The notes below the pieces were generated by a model. That model was not told the DNA's origin. It saw only the letters and a program-made list of their open reading frames with translations, and searched no databases. From a virus, in IMG/VR virus record IMGVR_UViG_3300042561_000402, positions 5,899 to 69,898 of that record: a DNA stretch of 64,000 nt; one strand, given 5' to 3'. Shown piece after piece: positions 46,788 to 55,888 of this stretch (positions are counted from its first letter, which is position 1; every line of letters begins with the position of its first letter). The translations under genes were made by a program, and so were the position numbers.

Positions 46788-48667
46788 TGAGCGACATTCT
46801 TTCTGGTGGCGTAATTGATGATTCAACATCAGGCCCAATTCCATCCAATCTGGATGATCGGAAAAGGGACATTATTGCCGAACAGAAAGAAGCCCAGAGG
46901 CAAGACGCTATAGGTGGAACAGAAGTTCCACCAACCCCAAGTCAGCCGCAACAAATTCCAGAGCCACCACAGGTAGCACCACCGCTACCCGTAATACCAT
47001 CGTTTGAATTTAACATCCCTGCATCGTTGGCAGAGGAAACAAGAGAGGTTGCCAGACAAGCAACCATTGACGTTATTAAAAACGTCACAATTAACGGCCA
47101 AGGCCCATCCATTGAAGGCTCCACAATCTCCTTCAACATACCTCAAGAAAGGCCAGCAAATGAGGTTTTTGTTTTTCAGGGGATCGCCATACCACAATCG
47201 CAACTTTCTCAAGTAACTCAACCACAAATCCAGCAACAGCCAACGATTCAATTAGATAGAAATCAAGAAATACAATCTGTTACAGTATCTTCTCCGCAGG
47301 CAGTACGGGTTACAACGGAGCAAACTCAAGAACCCCAAGTAACAATTCAAGAAAGTCGCAGTGCAGAAATCAAAGCCATTCCTGCTGCCACAACTCAGGA
47401 AGAGGCTGTACAGCCAGAAATTCAAAAAATATCGACTGCCCCCCTTGTCGAAGCGGAATCCATACCTTTACAGGAACCCACTGTCCCACAATCACAGTCA
47501 GCCGAACCAAGAAGTGAGTCCATTGGGGAAAGGCAAGTTAGGGAAAACAATGAAAGGGCAGCAAGAAACAGAGAAATAAGGAGTGCCCTCGGATTGGGTG
47601 AAGCCTCGCCTTTTGATGAACCTCCAGAAGTTGTACCCAGAGAAACAGTTCCTATCGGGCAAAAACAAGACATAGAGAACAATGAAAGAGCCGAAAGAAA
47701 CAGAGAAATAAGGAGCAATCTTGGACTTGGCAATGAATCACCATTAGATAAATACGAGGGAGTTTCTTTTGGAGAAAGGCAAGATGCGGAACTTTCTGAA
47801 AGAAGAGAAAGAGATAAAAAAATAAGAAGAGATCTTGGATTGGGTGAAATTTCTCCCTTTGACGAAGAAACGGATGTAGCCAAAGGCTTTAAAGCAGCCG
47901 AAGAAAGATACCGCCAAAGAATAGAAAGTGGCCCCAACTTTGACCGCGAATCAGATGTGCGTCAAAAAGGCGAAAGATATAGTGATTTTAAAGAGAGGCA
48001 AGAAGCCCTAAAAGAAGAACGCTCCGAACGCGCCGAAGCAGTAAGAGAACGGGCCGAACTCCAAAAAAGACTTAAAGATGGTGGAATTGCAGAAACCCCT
48101 AGTGGCATGGTTCCAGTTGCTCTTACGAGGGCAGATGGACAAAAAAGGATTCTGGCCTACCTCTCTTCGGAATTTGTTGGTGTTGTGGAGGGTGGTGAAT
48201 CCCAAGATAGAATAACGAGCTTACCAGCAGAAGGTGACTATTATGAAGCTGGTGGAGGCGGTGCCCCTGATCATCCTTGGAAAATAAGAATTAGAACCAT
48301 ACCAGAAACAGAGCCCCCAGAATATGAATATATGGTTGTAAGTGGAAAACTTTATACTGGTATAGGGGGTTGGGACAGCGTTGATGTTGAAGGTCTCAAT
48401 GAATGGAAATCGGCGCAAGAAGGTAACGTGATTCTTTTTGGAGAAGTTACAAATGGAGAATGTTCAGCCGCCTCAATAAAATTTGAAGAAACACTCCCAG
48501 ATCGTATTAAATACAATGATTTGGATCAGGAAGAATTCAATACTGTGATTGGATATCTATTTACATATGAAGGAACGTTTTCCGTTAAACAAGATGCGTT
48601 CCAAAATTTCACATTGACACAATTCTGTGTTGATTCAAAGTCAGCAATATACCCAATTTCGACTTAA
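46787..48667 (+). CDS. putative virion/tail protein with internal repeats
   Basis: ATG at 46787; P/Q/E-rich linker, three ~40-aa repeats, GGGG..HPWK followed by a beta-rich domain. Confidence 0.55.
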   Translation: MSDILSGGVIDDSTSGPIPSNLDDRKRDIIAEQKEAQRQDAIGGTEVPPTPSQPQQIPEPPQVAPPLPVIPSFEFNIPASLAEETREVARQATIDVIKNVTINGQGPSIEGSTISFNIPQERPANEVFVFQGIAIPQSQLSQVTQPQIQQQPTIQLDRNQEIQSVTVSSPQAVRVTTEQTQEPQVTIQESRSAEIKAIPAATTQEEAVQPEIQKISTAPLVEAESIPLQEPTVPQSQSAEPRSESIGERQVRENNERAARNREIRSALGLGEASPFDEPPEVVPRETVPIGQKQDIENNERAERNREIRSNLGLGNESPLDKYEGVSFGERQDAELSERRERDKKIRRDLGLGEISPFDEETDVAKGFKAAEERYRQRIESGPNFDRESDVRQKGERYSDFKERQEALKEERSERAEAVRERAELQKRLKDGGIAETPSGMVPVALTRADGQKRILAYLSSEFVGVVEGGESQDRITSLPAEGDYYEAGGGGAPDHPWKIRIRTIPETEPPEYEYMVVSGKLYTGIGGWDSVDVEGLNEWKSAQEGNVILFGEVTNGECSAASIKFEETLPDRIKYNDLDQEEFNTVIGYLFTYEGTFSVKQDAFQNFTLTQFCVDSKSAIYPIST

Positions 48668-49503
48668 TGGGCAAAACTTCACATATTAAATATTTTAATG
48701 ATTGTTCCACGGTAGCACCTTATCCGCCAAAGGGCACAGGTGGCACCATAGTTGGAACTGGGGATTATGAATATTATTGTATAAAACTACCAATTCCTGC
48801 TTGTCTTAGACTTTTTTGGGGTGTTAAAAAGTGGAAATTATCTTATGATTATGATTTTCATATACTAATAGATGATGAATCCACAGATGATTCAAACGGA
48901 TATTTGCTTGGAAGCGAGATAACTGGTTCTGGAAGTGTTGAACTTGTAAGTGGGGATGGATATAGTACGTCTAATCTAAATTATATACATCTTCTTTCAG
49001 AAAAAGAAACTGATCTTTTCTGCAAAAACATAGAGCCAGAAACTAACGTATTGGATTATGGTTGGGATTATCCAGTAACCTACACCCGCAAGATCATTAA
49101 AAACGAAGGAACGGAAGAAGAACCAGAAATCGTCACAACAGTTGACGAGCTTCAAGACAATTTATACGCAGCATTTGGCAGCGGTGGGGGTAGCCAGCAA
49201 GAGTTTTTTTCAAGGTTTTCAGAAACAGAAGATCCTTCAAATGAATTTTGGGTTAGCTTGATATTAACTCTAAGCGTTGGATTTAGTGCTGGGTATAGCC
49301 AATTTGACACACCAACCTTCAATATAAGCAGAAGTACAACAGCCACGCTTAAGTTTCTTAACTACCAAATTCCAATTGAATTAGGAGCCACGAGCCTTCC
49401 AAGCTACGTTTTAAAATCTGAGGTTTCTAATGTTATTTTAGAACCCTATGAATGGTGGACATATGATGGAAAATATGATTCAGAAACTGGGCTTGAAAAT
49501 TAA
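48667..49503 (+). CDS. putative tail-associated protein
   Basis: Coupled to the previous gene; acidic and beta-rich. Confidence 0.5.
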   Translation: MGKTSHIKYFNDCSTVAPYPPKGTGGTIVGTGDYEYYCIKLPIPACLRLFWGVKKWKLSYDYDFHILIDDESTDDSNGYLLGSEITGSGSVELVSGDGYSTSNLNYIHLLSEKETDLFCKNIEPETNVLDYGWDYPVTYTRKIIKNEGTEEEPEIVTTVDELQDNLYAAFGSGGGSQQEFFSRFSETEDPSNEFWVSLILTLSVGFSAGYSQFDTPTFNISRSTTATLKFLNYQIPIELGATSLPSYVLKSEVSNVILEPYEWWTYDGKYDSETGLEN

Positions 49504-49790
49504 ACTTTCGGCCTGACAAATACCATTTCTCTGGTTTTGCCACCGTAATTAATTTTTCTCTTGGTTGATTCCACCATATCTTTAGAGATAAGGTCGAACA
49601 TTGCCTGTCTTGAAAGACCAACCTCTTTGGCGGCTTGAATGGCAAGCTTCCATCCCTCTGCCTCCATATTTTCAATAGTGGTCTTGGTTCGGGCTTCTTT
49701 GAAAGAGTCCCAGACACTATCCCAAGATGGGACTACAATTTTAGGAGAGGAGCCTTTTGTTCTTCCAGATGTGCTATGATGGGTTGCCAT
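49500..49790 (-). CDS. small HTH-like protein
   Basis: AAKEVGLSRQAMFDLI. Confidence 0.5.
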   Translation of the reverse strand: MATHHSTSGRTKGSSPKIVVPSWDSVWDSFKEARTKTTIENMEAEGWKLAIQAAKEVGLSRQAMFDLISKDMVESTKRKINYGGKTREMVFVRPKV

Positions 49791-50521
49791 GTGTATGTTC
49801 CTTTGTTTACTTGAAATACGAGAAATCCGAAGTCTACTACGCCAGTGCATCGTCTAGCCCCGAAACGTGAACCAAATCCCTGAAGAGCAGGGGTGGTGAT
49901 GGCCAGCCAGTCTGGGCCTCCCGCGAAGTTGTGGTAATGGACATGGGAGCGGATAAAGATGTCTCCCTTGGGCTGTAGCTCTTTTTCAGACCATATGAGG
50001 TTCCATAGGCGATCTCTGGCAACTCCGCTATGCCGACCATGGGGAATGCCGCTGGAGCCCGCTGGGTGGTGTTTAAGGTCAAATACAACACCTTCTACCT
50101 CCACCCACTCATGTTCTCCGATTGTGGCGTCTACGCGCTCTGCAATAATGTTCTCCCAGTCTTCTGAATCACCCGTATGGTAGGGAGTTCCCCTAGTGAT
50201 AACAATCTTGCAGTTTTTGGATTTCGGGATTTCGCGGATGATTTTTACCGCCATGTCACACTGCTCTTCCATGTCGGTGGTGATTTGTTCCGTTCCTCCA
50301 GACTTCTTGCCCGTTCCGTCCACAAGATCCCCGTTAATAAAGATGATATCGTAGGGGCCGTTTTTGCGGATGTTCTGGCTATACCAGTTGTAGTAGGCTT
50401 TGTTGGCATTGACCCAGCGTGACCGCTCTTCGGCTGGTTCTTCTGGGAGGTAGCCTTTCGGGGTTAACCCTACTTTGTGGCCGCAGTGGAAGTCCGATAG
50501 GACTGCTATTTTTTTGCTCAT
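49733..50521 (-). CDS. calcineurin-like metallophosphoesterase
   Basis: SDFHCGH, NGDLVDG, GTPYH, KHH, RSHVH. Confidence 0.85.
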   Translation of the reverse strand: MSKKIAVLSDFHCGHKVGLTPKGYLPEEPAEERSRWVNANKAYYNWYSQNIRKNGPYDIIFINGDLVDGTGKKSGGTEQITTDMEEQCDMAVKIIREIPKSKNCKIVITRGTPYHTGDSEDWENIIAERVDATIGEHEWVEVEGVVFDLKHHPAGSSGIPHGRHSGVARDRLWNLIWSEKELQPKGDIFIRSHVHYHNFAGGPDWLAITTPALQGFGSRFGARRCTGVVDFGFLVFQVNKGTYTWQPIIAHLEEQKAPLLKL

Positions 50522-51120
50522 AGAGAGGTTGCTTGGTTACAGAGATCTAAACACCGCGCATAGCCGCAGATATCGGCCACGCTGTCACGATGGCGCGGTG
50601 AATTGGTGAGTCTGGAAAGCTTGACCGCAATCATGCACATGGCGATTTGTTGCGGGGTCACATTGGTTCCAAGAATAGCTCCCCACATCTTGGCTTGTTT
50701 GGTAAAGTCTTCAATGGGGCTTCCGTAGTCGGTTTGGCGATCATAGGAAGTAAGGCGCTTGGCAATGTCGCACACATCTTCTTTGTCCAATCTAACCATA
50801 GACGGGTAGAGACGCAAGGGTTTTTCTAGCCATTGTGCTACGGCGACCTCCGCTCTTGCTCCTTTGGACTTCTCCCACTTGGGAAGAAGTACCAACTCAT
50901 CGCACTCAAAGACTGCATCAATATCCCTTCGGGCACAGTCCTCGATAAACTTGCTGTCCATTTGAGAGTTGTGTGGATCTAGTCCTAGCTCTTGATCCAT
51001 TCTTGCGGGGTTGATCACTTTATGCCCTGCTTTCAGTAGGGTTTCTTCGGCCTCAAAGAATGCAGGATGATTAAGGTTGGGATGTGAGCGCATAGGCCCA
51101 CAGATGTATACTGTAGTCAT
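50518..51120 (-). CDS. DUF4406 (NDT-like) - DUF6378 fusion
   Basis: VYICGPM..NPA..D..WEKSKGARAE followed by RQTDYG..MIAVKLSR..DSVADICGY. Confidence 0.75.
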   Translation of the reverse strand: MTTVYICGPMRSHPNLNHPAFFEAEETLLKAGHKVINPARMDQELGLDPHNSQMDSKFIEDCARRDIDAVFECDELVLLPKWEKSKGARAEVAVAQWLEKPLRLYPSMVRLDKEDVCDIAKRLTSYDRQTDYGSPIEDFTKQAKMWGAILGTNVTPQQIAMCMIAVKLSRLTNSPRHRDSVADICGYARCLDLCNQATSL

Positions 51121-51135
51121 AGGTGTGTGTTGTGG

Positions 51136-51622
51136 TTAGTGGATTTGGATGCCGTAGTCGGCAATCAGATCGTAAAGAGTTTTCCTAACTTTTTCAATAG
51201 TTGTGCTATCCCAATCGGGATGAGAATTATGGCGAAGATGAGAGCGTAACTCATTGTCAAAATTGTCAAGAACAGCGCGAAAATCCCCTGCCTTGCAAGC
51301 ATCTTCAAACTCCTGTCGCTCTTCTGGAAGGGTGAAGGATAGAGATCCATTAGCCATTGTATTAGGAGTCTTTGATAATCTTCTTCAAATCCCCGTCATC
51401 TAGATCGTCATCCCCCTCGTCCTCTTCTTGCCCGTAGAGGATGTCATGGATATTGGATACAATGCCTTCGATGGCGTAATCATTGCCGAACTTGAGGAAA
51501 GCGTTTTTGGTTTCGTGGCCGTCTTGAAATGTGGCAACGACAAAACCCGAATCAAAGTATTCAACAAGATCCTTGGCCAATTTGTCCAAAACTTCTTGCA
51601 GTCTTTTGTCATGGGAAGCCAT
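51136..51622 (-). other. two small CDS (51136-51357, 51362-51622)
   Basis: Contiguous ATG ORFs. Confidence 0.65.
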
Positions 51623-51778
51623 GAGTTTAGTCGATTTGTTCGCGGCAGTTCTTGCATGTCTTGATTACTCCGACATGCTTGATCACGGTTTGTTCAATAT
51701 TTTTTGAGCCGCAATAGGGACATTCTCTGAATTCGGGCTTGCGGTAGGTCTTTTTCTTTCGGGGACTGGGCTGCTCTT

Positions 51779-52297
51779 TCATTTAACTTTCGACTGATTG
51801 ATTCTGATGTAACACCTTGCCAAAGAATGGTTTCTGCTCTTGAGCCAAACGCCGTCACCAGAATCACTGTCTCTGGTTCCGCGCTGGTTTGTATTGCCCT
51901 CAACACAGTCAAACATTGTTTTGCTTGTGGCCACCACAATTCCCGTATGGGAGAAGTCAAAGACCGCAATGTCCCCGACCTTGGGAGCCTTGGTATTGTA
52001 GATGACTTGGGTGGTATTCGGGCGCTTCTTGGCCCATTCAATCAGTCCGAAAGCGGCGGCAGTCCTTGGACGCCACTTGCTGGGGGTCATGGTCTTCAGA
52101 CCAAGCCAAGACACAACTTCCTTGTCGTTGAGCCACTGAGCCACACACCAATCAACAAACGCAGCACACCATGGCCAAGCTGCTGGTGCTAAGTTAGTTG
52201 CAGCTTGATACTCGCGGATTTTCTTGCCGCGATTGTTCCCACCAACCTCTTTAACTCCGACTTGCGAAAGCGCAATGTCTGCAAGTTTTTTTACCAT
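51779..52297 (-). CDS. CHAP-domain endolysin
   Basis: SQVGVKE, PWCAAFV, HTGIV, VEGNT. Confidence 0.88.
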   Translation of the reverse strand: MVKKLADIALSQVGVKEVGGNNRGKKIREYQAATNLAPAAWPWCAAFVDWCVAQWLNDKEVVSWLGLKTMTPSKWRPRTAAAFGLIEWAKKRPNTTQVIYNTKAPKVGDIAVFDFSHTGIVVATSKTMFDCVEGNTNQRGTRDSDSGDGVWLKSRNHSLARCYIRINQSKVK

Positions 52298-52327
52298 TTG
52301 CACTGCCTCTTGCCAATATCCCAATTT

Positions 52328-52504
52328 CTAGAAATCCGCTCTACCTCCGATTCGGTAGGACTTGGCAACCTTTCCATCATGGCCCCGCTTGATTTGGATG
52401 CCAATTTTGAGGGAACTGAATAGACGGACAAAGAAACTTCTGCGATCTTCTTTAGGGGGGCTTGGGACGAGTATTGCTTTGAGGGTTTCATAAGATAATC
52501 TCAT
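52328..52504 (-). CDS. 58-aa lysis-cassette peptide
   Basis: ATGA-coupled to 52501-52833; ends SYRIGGRADF. Confidence 0.5.
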   Translation of the reverse strand: MRLSYETLKAILVPSPPKEDRRSFFVRLFSSLKIGIQIKRGHDGKVAKSYRIGGRADF

Positions 52505-52833
52505 TTCTTTTTACGGCGAACGGGCTTCTTGATAGCGATAGCCCGACGAACTTCGGTGTAAGTAATCGGCCCAGCCACTCCGTCCTCGTCAGTATGAACC
52601 AAGGCTTGGATCTTCTTAACACCCCTGACATTCACTTCGTTGGTAACGTAGTTAACGATAGAGATGAGGAGAGCCACAATGAAGCCAGTAAGACTGACCT
52701 GATCAACGGACTCTGCCAATTTGGGATCAACCATAGCAAGGCGAGAAACAATCGCGGCAACCACCATGGCAATGAGGGGGGTAATGACTCCGCCCAGCTT
52801 GCTAACCAGAAATGCGAGGATTTTATCTTTCAT
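52501..52833 (-). CDS. holin-like membrane protein with a peptidoglycan-binding-like tail
   Basis: Two TM helices followed by IQALV..DGVAGPIT. Confidence 0.55.
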   Translation of the reverse strand: MKDKILAFLVSKLGGVITPLIAMVVAAIVSRLAMVDPKLAESVDQVSLTGFIVALLISIVNYVTNEVNVRGVKKIQALVHTDEDGVAGPITYTEVRRAIAIKKPVRRKKK

Positions 52834-52837
52834 TTGG

Positions 52838-53122
52838 TTATTGCTCTAACTTGTAGCGTTGAACCGCCGATTCAACTGTAAAGCGAATCAGGGACTCCGA
52901 AGCACTAACACCCTGCTTTTTGGCAGCAGCAGTGAGCTTCTTGACTGCGGCCTCGCGCTTTTCGGCTCCCGTTTTATCGGTAGAGGCCAGTGATTGTACG
53001 ATCTCCAAGGCAATCGGAAGCAAGACTGCTACCGAAGAGGAAGCAATTTCCCGAAGGACAGGAAGGAAGAAGTTAAAGACATTGGAGGTAATCCCCCAGA
53101 TTTTGGCAAAGAATGATTTCAT
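52838..53122 (-). CDS. LL-H-type holin-like protein
   Basis: TGAEKREAAV..LIRFTVESAV; TTGAAA-N17-TAGCTT 7 nt upstream suggests a leaderless mRNA. Confidence 0.55.
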   Translation of the reverse strand: MKSFFAKIWGITSNVFNFFLPVLREIASSSVAVLLPIALEIVQSLASTDKTGAEKREAAVKKLTAAAKKQGVSASESLIRFTVESAVQRYKLEQ

Positions 53123-53137
53123 AGATTTAAAGCTAGA

Positions 53138-53422
53138 CTAGAATCCCTTGGATTTCAAGTAATCTTCGATTCTTTTTGTGCGCTCGTCAATGCGGGCTAG
53201 GGTCTCGGATCTCTCTTGGTTCTCTTTATTAATCATTTCAATCCGCGCATCCTGTTTGGCGTCATTGTTTTGGATGTGCCTCATTTGTTCTGGTAGAACA
53301 ATCCACCCATTAAGTGCCGAAAACAGAGTAATCATAAGCGCAATCCCTGCAACCAATTCGCTCATCGTAAGTTTTACTCCGCGCTCCATACCCCTGCGTC
53401 TTGGAATGTCTTCAATACTCAT
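53138..53422 (-). CDS. TM + coiled-coil protein
   Basis: One TM helix followed by LARIDERTKRIE. Confidence 0.55.
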   Translation of the reverse strand: MSIEDIPRRRGMERGVKLTMSELVAGIALMITLFSALNGWIVLPEQMRHIQNNDAKQDARIEMINKENQERSETLARIDERTKRIEDYLKSKGF

Positions 53423-53426
53423 AGTG

Positions 53427-54101
53427 CTACACGTTGGTTGGTGTCAAAATTGGAACTGGTGCATATTCTCCATTATCTTCCCACAAGCTTGCTTGCCATG
53501 GAAATTCAACGTCATCAGATGCAAGATAGGCCACTTCTGCAGCTTCGCCTGAATATATAACCCAAGAACCACCGTTCCATTCAATATAATTTGATTCATA
53601 AATATATTTGGCCTTACCTTCGTTTTCTCCGTCTAAAACATAAGTTGCATTAACGGATTCTATTCCAGCGCCAGAAACAATTACTGCATTGTAGGTTGTT
53701 GGTGTGGCTATGCTGGTAATAATTGAAGCCACCTGATAGCGCCAAGGCCAGTTGATATAGGTGGCTAGGTTTGCGGGGTTACCCGTGTCTCCGCGATAGG
53801 CGGCGGCGATATGCCCCAAAGCCTGCTTCTCACTCCAGTCAATAGTCCCAAGGCTCGACCCCGAAACCGCATCATAGATGGCCTTCCACACATATTGTTT
53901 AGGAAGAGAGATGTAATCTGCTTCGCTTCTTGGTGCGCCTGCGGCTACGGCGATCTTGGCCCAGAGATAGCGTTCTGGGAGGGTGACGTAGTTAGCGACC
54001 GACCCCGAACCCAACTCATTTACCAGCCATTGGGCAAGCATGTACCTTCGGGGCTGATCCGCCGCCGAAGCAAACACCGCATCTAAAGTAGGGAGAGCCA
54101 T
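53427..54101 (-). CDS. putative virion protein with helical repeats
   Basis: Repeats PRRYMLA / PERYLWAKI / PKQYVWKAI / PWRYQVASI, then a beta-rich domain. Confidence 0.55.
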   Translation of the reverse strand: MALPTLDAVFASAADQPRRYMLAQWLVNELGSGSVANYVTLPERYLWAKIAVAAGAPRSEADYISLPKQYVWKAIYDAVSGSSLGTIDWSEKQALGHIAAAYRGDTGNPANLATYINWPWRYQVASIITSIATPTTYNAVIVSGAGIESVNATYVLDGENEGKAKYIYESNYIEWNGGSWVIYSGEAAEVAYLASDDVEFPWQASLWEDNGEYAPVPILTPTNV

Positions 54102-54120
54102 AGCCTATGGTCTCCGTCCT

Positions 54121-54366
54121 TTAAGCCATGCCCATGATACGCTCACCCATGCCAGCCATCGGGGACACGCCCGCTTCCATTTCGTCAGCAGCCTCATCCT
54201 CCATCTCGTCTTCGTCTTCGGCCTCTTCAGCCGCAATCTCGACGCCAGCCAACATGGTGGGAACCAGCGAATCTCCGTCAACACGGAAGGTTACAAGCTC
54301 TTCAAAGGTGTCGCCATCAGCAACATCTTCAGGCAGGGTATAATCAGTCGGTATAGTTAGTTTCAT
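54121..54366 (-). CDS. small acidic protein
   Basis: D/E-rich; follows the capsid gene. Confidence 0.65.
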   Translation of the reverse strand: MKLTIPTDYTLPEDVADGDTFEELVTFRVDGDSLVPTMLAGVEIAAEEAEDEDEMEDEAADEMEAGVSPMAGMGERIMGMA

Positions 54367-54389
54367 AATTGTTATTCTCTCCTCATAGA

Positions 54390-54419
54390 GCTTGCCTTAG
54401 ATTTTACTCCAAGGCAAGC
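54390..54419 (-). terminator. hairpin after the capsid gene
   Basis: GCTTGCCTT/AAGGCAAGC inverted repeat; no clear U tract. Confidence 0.45.
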
Positions 54420-54442
54420 CTTGATGAATAGAGACTAACTAA

Positions 54443-55678
54443 TTACGCGAGGTAACCGTAGCCGCTGCCCGTGGGGCAAGTAACCAGATCGCTGGCGAGG
54501 TTGCAACGGAGATGCAAGATGTAGTATCCCCACTGAGGGAAGATCTGCTTCACCGCGCAAGCCATCTTGGCGCGCCAGTAACCGCTGTTTTTGTCGGGGT
54601 TACAGTTCTTATCGTACTCGTTGATCCAGCGGAAGTCTCCGCGATAGTTCTGAGCATCATAGACCAGTTTGCCGACTTTGAGGTTCGGGTTCGGGACAAG
54701 CCACTCCATCGCCTTCGGGTGGAAAATAACCGTGGAGGTGTATTTCGCAGCCTTGTAGGCGGGGTTGATGATGTACTTGTTCTTGCCGTTGACGGACGCA
54801 CCGCCCGAAATATACGGAAGGACTTCGGTGAAACCACCAGAACCGTTGTCGTTGAAACGCTTCGGGAACGGGCGGCTATGGAACACGAATCCACCGTAGG
54901 ACTTACGGGGCAGGAGCGAGGAGCCGTTGGCACCAAGCAGATCGTTGACGCGATCACTCCAGCGGATGTCCTGACGAACATCGTCGTTGAGCTTGATCAG
55001 GTTCTCAATCGTGGCGCGTTCAGCGAACACGTTGAAAACAGGCGAGCCGTCATCGGTCACCGCATCACCGTCATCGCCAGCGTTGTCCTGATAGAGACGA
55101 TCATAGAGTTCACGAAGAACACCCATCGTCATAACGGACGTAGGAGCGGGCAATGCGCTGGTGAAGCCGCTGGTCGAAGTGGACTCAGAGAGGCCAGGTT
55201 CCACAGAGACCTTGGTCGAGAAGGCGAGGTAGTCATTGTCATAACGCTCGATCCACTCTTTGTTGACGTTGTCGGCGAGGATCTTGATGTAGTTGTTGAC
55301 ATCATCAATCGGGAAAGCCGAAGTACGAACGTCTTCCAAGCAGATCCAATCGGATTCGATGGCCTGATGGCGGAGCTTGAATTCCTTCTGGTCGAAGGCA
55401 TAGCTGACAGTCTTAACGGGAGCCAAGCAGGAGTTAAGCTCGCCAGAGACGCCAGTGACGCCGATATCTTCCCATCCGCTGCCAACGGCAACAGTGCGCT
55501 GGGCGATGGTGTTTTTGACAATCGCGCCCATATTGTCGGGGAAAGCCGACTGGGTCACGAAACGGAGGTAGGGATCTTTATAAAGACCCAAGCGATGAGT
55601 GCCAAGAGCAATACGTCCAGTCTCGCGTTGAAACTGATCAGAAATGCTTTCGCACGAAGTAGCAACAGGTGCTGACAT
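54443..55678 (-). CDS. major capsid protein
   Basis: 411 aa, strong codon bias, follows portal and scaffold genes. Confidence 0.8.
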   Translation of the reverse strand: MSAPVATSCESISDQFQRETGRIALGTHRLGLYKDPYLRFVTQSAFPDNMGAIVKNTIAQRTVAVGSGWEDIGVTGVSGELNSCLAPVKTVSYAFDQKEFKLRHQAIESDWICLEDVRTSAFPIDDVNNYIKILADNVNKEWIERYDNDYLAFSTKVSVEPGLSESTSTSGFTSALPAPTSVMTMGVLRELYDRLYQDNAGDDGDAVTDDGSPVFNVFAERATIENLIKLNDDVRQDIRWSDRVNDLLGANGSSLLPRKSYGGFVFHSRPFPKRFNDNGSGGFTEVLPYISGGASVNGKNKYIINPAYKAAKYTSTVIFHPKAMEWLVPNPNLKVGKLVYDAQNYRGDFRWINEYDKNCNPDKNSGYWRAKMACAVKQIFPQWGYYILHLRCNLASDLVTCPTGSGYGYLA

Positions 55679-55847
55679 GATATTATTTCTTTCTATTTAG
55701 TTTAAGGGTTAGGTTTGATATCAAGGCATAGAATGCCCGTCTATCGGTTAAGTTTCTGGGCCGCGACCAGAGATTTACGGCTACAAATTTTGAAGGCTAA
55801 CCAGCCAGCGAGGTATCCGCGACCAACTCGGATCTAAGTCTTGGTGG

Positions 55848-55877
55848 GACGTTATTACATTTCCCCTATATTGTCAA
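55848..55877 (-). promoter_or_regulatory. capsid gene promoter
   Basis: TTGACA-N17-TAACGT with a ~165-nt leader. Confidence 0.5.
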
Positions 55878-55888
55878 GAGGGAAAAAT

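Noticed and set aside
52291-52491. 66-aa ORF from the track
   Set aside because: The 52328-52504 frame is ATGA-coupled to the upstream gene and fits better
54512-55675. 387-aa antisense ORF opposite the capsid gene (likewise 57680-59047 opposite the portal)
   Set aside because: In-register antisense shadow of strong codon bias; no recognisable motifs
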